DNA of 63,960 bases, counting the filler, from Pelomyxa schiedti (Eukaryota > Protista > Evosea), in NCBI GenBank assembly GCA_020536535.1. It is 11 parts of 11 records of this genome, joined end to end, with 100 filler letters (N's around TTAATTAATTAA, not from the genome) between each part and the next. Parts side by side here need not be neighbours in the genome. Positions count along the whole stretch, not along the records: positions 56,035 to 57,072 come from JAHLWZ010002956.1; positions 57,173 to 58,313 come from JAHLWZ010002777.1; positions 58,414 to 63,960 come from JAHLWZ010001490.1; 8 more parts are not named here. One strand, 5' to 3'. A program made the position numbers and the translations under genes. A model generated the notes under the pieces. It was not told the origin of the DNA, did not search any database, and worked only from the letters and a program-made list of their open reading frames with translations. Positions 56,967-63,960 of this stretch are shown here, in pieces (the first letter of the stretch is position 1; each line of letters opens with the position of its first letter).

Positions 56967-57459
56967 CGACTCTCTTTCGGGTTGTGGAAATGGGGGTGGT
57001 GGGTGATGCGCAACTGAGAAAAACTGTATCGTTCTCAACTGGGATGCGAAAGAAACTTAGAATAGAAAAAAANNNNNNNNNNNNNNNNNNNNNNNNNNNN
57101 NNNNNNNNNNNNNNNNTTAATTAATTAANNNNNNNNNNNNNNNNNNNNNNNNNNNNNNNNNNNNNNNNNNNNTGTGTGCTAAAGTTATGGGCACTCAACG
57201 ACCCAACTGCAGAACATAGGATGGCCAGGACTTGCGATTTGGCTGTGGTATACCGCTCCTCACCGGCACCATCAATCATTTTTTTCCGGGGCTCAGAAAC
57301 TTCTTTGGTCTCCCTCAGTTGGACAGTGCAACAGTGTACAAAGTACCGTGTGGTCTGTGTCCAGTATTTACAACCAGAGAACGGGGATACTTTGTCTTCG
57401 TCTGACGAACAAGAAAATGCATCTGATTTAAATGATTTTCACGTAAAATTGTTGCATCG

Positions 57460-58313
57460 ATGGCAGGGGTGACAACCGCCGCACCACCAACACACCAACA
57501 ACAACAACAAAGACGATGCAGTGTGTGCAGGGATCCCATAATCGAACAACCCAACGTGTTGTCGTCGGAGCGTGGTGGTGGTCGTCACCATGTCGTTGTT
57601 GAACCAGGGTGTGGGCACGTGGTGTGTGGCGATTGCAGCGAAGCCATCGTCACGTTCTCGAGGGACATCCCACAATCCTCCATTTCGCGTGAGGGTGCGG
57701 CCACGAAATGTGGAAGTAGCACTGCCGACGGCGGTGGCGGTGTTCCTGGGGATGGGCACCGCAACTCGCCGACGTCGGCAGCCGCGTTGCGAGTGTGGTG
57801 CGGCGTGTGCGGGGCCACAATGGACGCCACAGTGCGCCAACTGACGCCGCACAACGATTCACCACCATCGGCAGATGCAGCAGCCAAGCCCACACCGAAC
57901 AGCAGCACCAGTGGCGTCGTGATGAGTTGCAGCAAGTGCACAGCGATGGGAGTTATGGGAGTGAGTGCCAAGTACTGGTGCAAGGAGTGCACGAGGACAC
58001 TGGGAGGGGGTTCACCGATGTTGTTCTGCGAACCTTGTTGGTCCAACTTACACTGGGCTCCTGGTTCAGTGTCACATGTGAAATGTGACCCTGTGGCCGT
58101 GGTGGAGCCGGCACCCGAACGTAATCCAATCCTTCTCTCATTTGTTTTTTAATCTGATGAAAAAACAGGAAGGATGATGTGTGAGAAGCACGGGCTTCAA
58201 CTGGACTTGTTCTGTGAGAGTGATGGCACATTCATTTGCCCGACATGCTCGTTCTCATCTTCCCACAAGGTTTGTTTGGTCCTCCATTTGTTCATTTGAC
58301 TGATCAATTTTGC
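57460..58313 (+). CDS. TRIM-like RING, B-box, B-box protein, 3' truncated
   Basis: RING CSVC..PGCGHVVCGDC..WCGVC. B-box1 CSKC..WCKEC..FCEPCWSNLH..H. B-box2 CEKHGLQLDLFCESDGTFICPTC..H after an intron. Confidence 0.8.
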
Positions 58314-59381
58314 NNNNNNNNNNNNNNNNNNNNNNNNNNNNNNNNNNNNNNNNNNNNTTAATTAATTAANNNNNNNNNNNNNNNNNNNNNNNNNNNNNNN
58401 NNNNNNNNNNNNNATTATTTTGATCGTGGTAAAGAATGAATGTTGTGTGTGTTGCTCGCGCTTATAAGCCTGCACATGGAAGGTGTAATTCAGAGTGGAA
58501 GGTTCAAGTCACGCTTCTCCAGGTGCGTGTATATTCAAATCGTCTGAGGTGCAATCGGTGGATGTCTGGTGAACTTCTCAATGTGGGAGGGAGTAGGCTT
58601 TCCTACTTAGGGGTTAGTCCGACTGTGGGCAGTGCCCACAGACCAAGATAGCTCCCCCAGTGCCCCTAAGCATTCTTCTGACTTGTCCTGTGGGCAAGAA
58701 GCAAGTGACAGTGAATCAGACTCTCCCACCCAAGTGGCAGCCCATAAGCGATCTAAAGCTCCACATGAAAAGCATGGTGGAAAAGGAAAACAACCACTGC
58801 CCAATAGGGGGTCAGCCAAGTACCAGTCCCAGCCCTGCCCCCCAAAGCAAAGGAAAAGCCCCCCAAAAAAGGAAAAAACCTGATTCTTTTTATTTTGAAA
58901 AGCCTGACTACCAGGCAAAAGCCTGCTTGTGGTGGCATTGCCTTAAATGATGAGAAATTTTTTCCTTGGACAGATTTGACTTAGAAAAAAAAATTGCAAA
59001 GAAAAAGAATTTTTCAAAAGAGCAGTGGACACCATGACACTGTGGTGATTCAACAGTTTCTGCATTTAGTTTTTTGTTTCCTGAAGAAAAATTCTTTGAA
59101 AAAAAAAAAATTTGAAGTCAGACTTTTCGAGTTTCTGGCAATGGGTGTACAGCACTGTTCCACCTGTTGTTATCGACGTGCCATTCATGTCAAAGTGTTT
59201 CCTTAAATGCAGACTGCACTGGACGATGCGTTTTACTTTGATTGAAGAGCAGGGGACCCCACGACACGGTGGTGATTCAACAATTCCTGCATTTAGTCAT
59301 TTGTTTGGAGAGGCGTGGCACAATCGTGGAACATTTGGTGCACGTGAACTGCCTGGGTCATTGGTAATTCACTGACACAGT

Positions 59382-60141
59382 TCATATCGTGCTTTGTTGC
59401 ACCTCTTTTTGTACTGTGACTCCTGCCTGCTTTGCCAGGATGTAGAGCAGGTTGACAACAGCATCATGCCTTCTGATCTGTAGACCTCCTCTCTTGCAGC
59501 TGAGCAAGTGAATATCATGTGGGTCCAAGGCATGTCCACAGCAGCATCCTCTCCTTGAGCTGAGGGTAGCAGGAACTGCTGAAGTACAAAGGCAATGGGC
59601 AATGCACAGAGTAATTGCATCGTTGGAGAGAGTTAGTTGGGGGACTGAGGGGATGATCTTGGTCCATCTTGACGCCATGTGTGCTTTGTTGCTTTGTACA
59701 ATGGATTTCTCCATGAGGGACTCATTGTTCATCCAGTTGTGCTGGTTCTCCTCAAAATGCAACCTAGCTATCTTCTTTTGGAGTTTTGCCATGGGTTGCT
59801 TTCCTTCTGCTGGGGTGGTGTGGCAGAGGTAATTGGGGTTATGCGCCAGGGTATGCCTCAGCATCAGGAGGCGGAGCTGGAAGGATTTTAATTGATCCAA
59901 GGTGAGGATGTTGCTGGCCCATAGATTCACTTTAGCTTTCACGGACCTTGCAAGGACTTTGAAGGGGATAGGCCCCTGTTATTTTGCATGAGAGTGGGGT
60001 CTTTGTTGAAGATGTGCATTTGCTGGGGTTGAGGTGTAGCCCTAGTTTGGGGAGGGTGTTCTGGAGTAATGTAAATGCCTTCAGACAGTCCGCAGTGGGG
60101 CCAATCAGGGTACCATCATCCAGGTAGAACAGATGGCGCAC
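59382..60141 (-). mobile_element. Degenerate non-LTR retrotransposon (CRE-like, RLE clade) RT/C-terminal fragment
   Basis: FYLDDGTLIG..LGLHLNPSKC (RT motifs 5-7), then after a deletion/frame change ASRW..IP..LTLSN..CCCGHALDPHDIHLLSC..IRRHDAV..AKQAG..KE (CCHC knuckle and RHD). Confidence 0.8.
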
Positions 60142-62700
60142 AGGAGGGTGTCTTCAGAAAAATTCTTCAAAAAAAAAAATTTCTAAGTCGATTTTTTTGC
60201 ATCAATTTCGCTGTTTGATGTGTGGCCTGATGACAATGACAGAAAACTGACATGGCATTGATGCTAAAGTGTTTCCATATATCCTGCACAGTCCTGGTGA
60301 GCACTTTTACACCCCGGGTTTTTGCCCATTTTAGCAACAATTTCCATGCTGGTGTCAATGTGTGTGGGTGTTGCGGAAGTACAATGTGGTGGTGTTTATA
60401 TACGGTGCATGTTACCTCAAGCATGCTTTTTTCTTTTTTTTTTCCCTCTCCAAGTTTCCCACCTCAAAACAGAGAGTTGGTGACATGACACTGTTGGCTA
60501 TGGGACTTCTATGGACCAAGCTGGAACTGCATGTACCTTCTGTTTTTCTTTTTCGCGTTCTTACATTTTAAAACCAGCTGGTGTTGGGGACATTGCAGAC
60601 ACAGACAGGAACAGGGAGCTGAGCTGACAATCGAGGTGAAACGAGGAAAAGAAGAAACATACCAGCAGCCAAGCTGCTGGAAGTCAAAGGGCTCCGATGC
60701 CAGAACTCCCACTGCATGCAGGTTGAGTGTGGGAAAGGATCTAGAGATTGGAGGTGAGTATATTGGGTAACTCAAAGAAGAAGAGGAATACCGCTGGAAT
60801 GGAGCTGAGCTGCACACACATTCTTCTGGGTGCGTGCTCGCTTCTGCCTTCAGGTCTCCCTGCTCCTGTCTGCCTCTCAGCCTGACGAAATGAAGGCCTC
60901 ATTCTCATCACATTTGCACACCAGTGTAGCAAGAAACACAAGCAGATTGGCACCCCTGCCACTTTTTTTTCCAGGTTTTTCTTCAACTCCAAGAATTTTC
61001 TTCTTTTTTTGTTGAGAACTCGGTTATTTTTTTTGTCTATTTGTGCCTGTCTGGAAAATTTTCTGGCACACATGGATTTGGAACCTCCACCCTTTCTGCT
61101 CTTGAATGAGAGTTTTACCCCTTGTGCAACCCCGAGATAACACTTAGAAAAGACCGAGTTGAGAAGAAAATTGTTGCTAAAACGGGCAAAAACCAGGGTG
61201 TAAAAGTGCTCACCAGGACTGTGCGGGATATGCATACAACATTGGTCACAGCATAATTTGTTGACTGTTTTGTGTCATACGTCACCACAGAGCCACCAGT
61301 GCTTGAATCTCTTCATTGAGTTGGGTGCTTGCTTGGGTTTCCTGCCATTGTTGAGCACTAGGTGCCATCAAATTGCCTTGAACGAAAACCACAAAAGACC
61401 ACCAAAAAAAATGTGAATTGCTTGAAGGCCATCAAAACAAGGGACTCAGTATCAGATTTTCTCCATTGCAAGTTGTTTCTGTAAAGCATGATCTCCCAGT
61501 AATGACAAGGCCATTCCTTCATGCACACATTCCACTCTTTCTCTTCCCACCTTCTCAATAAAAAAATGGACAGTGAGGTTGGTGACCTGTGTCACTCGCC
61601 TCTCAACACAAAATTATCCATTTGATTTCGAAGTTGTTAGCTTCTGTGGGAAGAGAATAAAGCCCCACAGAGGGAAAAGAACGAAAGAGAGTGAGAGTGT
61701 AAAGGTTCTCTTGCTTGTTCTCGTGCTTGGGTTGCACGTGTTCAAAGGATAATTAATTTGGTGCGGTTAGGTGCGGTTAGCTTCGAAGCCACGCTGTTGT
61801 CCAATTCTCAGTCGAGATTGCCTCAGAATCAATCACCGCTGCAGTCCGCATTAGTGCGTTCTGTGTCTCATAAGATCGTCGCTGCCTTATTCCAGTAATT
61901 CCATCAAGCCCGCATAGGATCTCGAGAGTCGAGATTCGTACAGAGTCTGCAGAGTGTCCAGAGAGCTAAAGCTCGTGTACTTGCTAAAGTACACAAAGTT
62001 GATGTTTCACAACAAGTTTTCGATTCTATGTAAACCAATGGTTTTGCCATTTACTGTACCGCCAAATGTGAACGACAACAACCAACACGACACTAAGGGC
62101 ACCGTTTTGTTGTCAGTGCATACAATGTCGTGGCAGGCATATTTTTTTTGAATGCGCGATTTTTGGCCACAGTACATAGCAATGATCAATCACTTCTTCA
62201 TTTTGTATGGTGCTTCCTTGGAGTTTGTTGCTCGTTGATCATTCAGTGTCATCAAATTGAATTGTCCATTGGCTATTGTTTCAAACCATAGATTCTTTGT
62301 TTCTTGTCGTCCATACGTTGCAGCCCCCTCAGATTCTCTCTCGATGGTCCATGGCCAGTTTCTTGGCTAACACACGCTCTCCCAGAAACAAAAAGCGCCA
62401 TTCTGTGATGTACAGGTCATGTTCTTTCCGTTCCCACGTGTTCAACAACAATGGAGGAAGTGACAGGAACTGACCAGCCTGACCACCACTTAGCTTCAGG
62501 GAAGGAATGATTTCCAGTAAGGTCAATCTGTTAATTTAAATTCTCGTTCGTTTCTAAATAAATTGCCACCCAGAGGGGCTGGGTGTCCGGCGGCACGATG
62601 GTCACCGTTGGTTGCGCACAACCTCACCACACGTCAGCAGACATCGTGTTGTTCGTTGTTTGGGGGTTTGGGGGGCTCCACAAGTTGGAGTTCCCCGACG

Positions 62701-62751
62701 AAGTCTAGTAACTATTTGCTCCACTCGACAAAGAAAATAGTTACTAGACTT
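62701..62751. repeat. Perfect 17-bp inverted repeat with 17-nt loop
   Basis: AAGTCTAGTAACTATTT (62701-62717) and AAATAGTTACTAGACTT (62735-62751). Confidence 0.9.
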
Positions 62752-62920
62752 TAGTCCCCATTGCCAAAAGTACTCCGAGTGGCATGTACCGCAAAAAAAA
62801 TCACATGCCACGTCAAAAACCTGGCAACCACGCCAACCACCTCGTTGTTGCAAACACAAGTCATCTTTCCAAACCCTCCTGCCGCACTTCCTTGTGGAGG
62901 TGTCACACCCACACTGAAAA

Positions 62921-63742
62921 ATGTCGGCAAGAAGGGTCGGTGTAGTGAATGGCACGGTGACCCTTGGCTCAGGCACGTACACGGGGCGCCTCATTGACGG
63001 CATACCGGATGGCAGTGGTACATGGACGTGGCCAGACGGCACCACCTACGAGGGCGAGTTTAAAGAAAAAGTCCGACATGGCCATGGGGTGTGTAAGGAT
63101 GCGGACGGCGGCACTTACGACGGCGACTGGGATGGACAGAGGCAGGGGTGGGGGGTGCAACACTACACCTGTGGGTCGTGGTACGAGGGCCAGTGGGTTA
63201 TGGGCATCTGGGTGAGGGGAACGTACCACGACAGCAACAAAGTCGACGTCAAGTACGGTGAGTGGAAGTGGGATTTGGTGTGGGAACATTACATGGCGAG
63301 ATATATTCCCCCAGATGAATTTTACTTGCAAGGGTGGGGTGTGCAGGGGAGGGAAGTGAACAGGCTGGATGGGAGTGGTTCCACAATGGTGCCGGTGTAT
63401 GAGGGTGAGTGGGACAGGAACGAGTGGCACGGGAAAGGCACGTGGGTGTCGCCAGATGGATCGGGTGACATCTACCATGGCATGTGGGATCACGGAAAGA
63501 AGAGTGGCACAGGGAAGATGGTGTTTGGTGAGGGAGGGAGCTACATTGGGGAGTGGAAGGACAACAAGTTCCACGGTCGCGGTGTGAGGCTGTGGGCAAA
63601 TGGTGACAGGTACGAGGGCCAGTGGGTGGATGGAAGGAGAACGGGGAAGGAGCAAGGACGTGGTCCAGGGATGGGTCATCCTTCGAGGTGGTTGTGGTTT
63701 GGAGCTGCAAGGGAAGGGTGTTGCAACACTTCCCTCTTCTGA
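62921..63742 (+). CDS. MORN-repeat protein, probably frameshifted near 63636
   Basis: Repeats Y.G.W..G..HG.G (YEGEFKEKVRHGHG, YIGEWKDNKFHGRG). The MORN pattern continues in another frame after 63636. Confidence 0.8.
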   Translation: MSARRVGVVNGTVTLGSGTYTGRLIDGIPDGSGTWTWPDGTTYEGEFKEKVRHGHGVCKDADGGTYDGDWDGQRQGWGVQHYTCGSWYEGQWVMGIWVRGTYHDSNKVDVKYGEWKWDLVWEHYMARYIPPDEFYLQGWGVQGREVNRLDGSGSTMVPVYEGEWDRNEWHGKGTWVSPDGSGDIYHGMWDHGKKSGTGKMVFGEGGSYIGEWKDNKFHGRGVRLWANGDRYEGQWVDGRRTGKEQGRGPGMGHPSRWLWFGAAREGCCNTSLF

Positions 63743-63960
63743 GGGGCGCAACATGGTGCAATTGAGTGGCATCCTCAACAATAACAACATATTCCAGCAA
63801 AGCACTTTCCAGCAACATAAGATGGGCTCACCACCCTTCGAGATGTTTGAGGTGTGTTAACAGCCTCACTTTTTTATTTTTGTTTCTGATCAAAGGCACT
63901 GAAAACTGAGCACACCAAGGAAATGAATGCACTCAAAGAGGTCCTGAATGCAGCCAAAAA

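Noticed and set aside
12645-57124. Long antisense or alternate-frame ORFs over GC-rich exons (e.g. 34032-34799, 54836-55783, 16503-17279)
   Set aside because: Shadow ORFs of real genes caused by GC-rich codon usage.
60167-62560. Many 60-160 aa ORFs
   Set aside because: No motifs and mostly non-ATG starts; probably decayed or intergenic DNA.
1-63960. Genome-wide reassignment of UAG to a sense codon
   Set aside because: Thousands of codons in long ORFs contain no in-frame TAG; only one case was found (3347).

Overview
This is eukaryotic, gene-dense DNA with short GT-AG introns, read in the standard genetic code. The gene families and style recall an amoebozoan such as Pelomyxa (Archamoebae), but that assignment is from memory and is unverified. 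The window is not one locus. Ten 100-nt spacers (N44-TTAATTAATTAA-N44) join eleven separate contigs. There are also four plain 100-N gaps, three of them flanked by exact 121-bp overlaps that look like assembly artefacts. Recognisable genes: a CC2D1/Lgd-like C2 protein, a DUF676 lipase, Pol III subunit RPC4, THOC1/Hpr1, a GCN1 N-terminus, a divergent ARF GTPase, a MORN protein, a GPI-type beta-helix surface protein and two damaged tRNA-Tyr copies. The accessory content is dominated by three things. (i) About 12 copies or fragments of an intronless, 400-480 aa family with an F-box/SOCS-box-like N-terminal motif and a beta-rich body. (ii) Three TRIM-like RING/B-box proteins, two with unusual C-termini (FN3-SPRY; SEL1). 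(iii) A very large protein combining an atypical kinase, LRR-like repeats and ankyrin repeats. Together these suggest an expanded ubiquitin-ligase/recognition repertoire (inference). Mobile DNA includes a decayed CRE-like non-LTR element and repeated TA-CACCGG candidate transposon ends. All calls come from reading motifs by eye; no searches were run.
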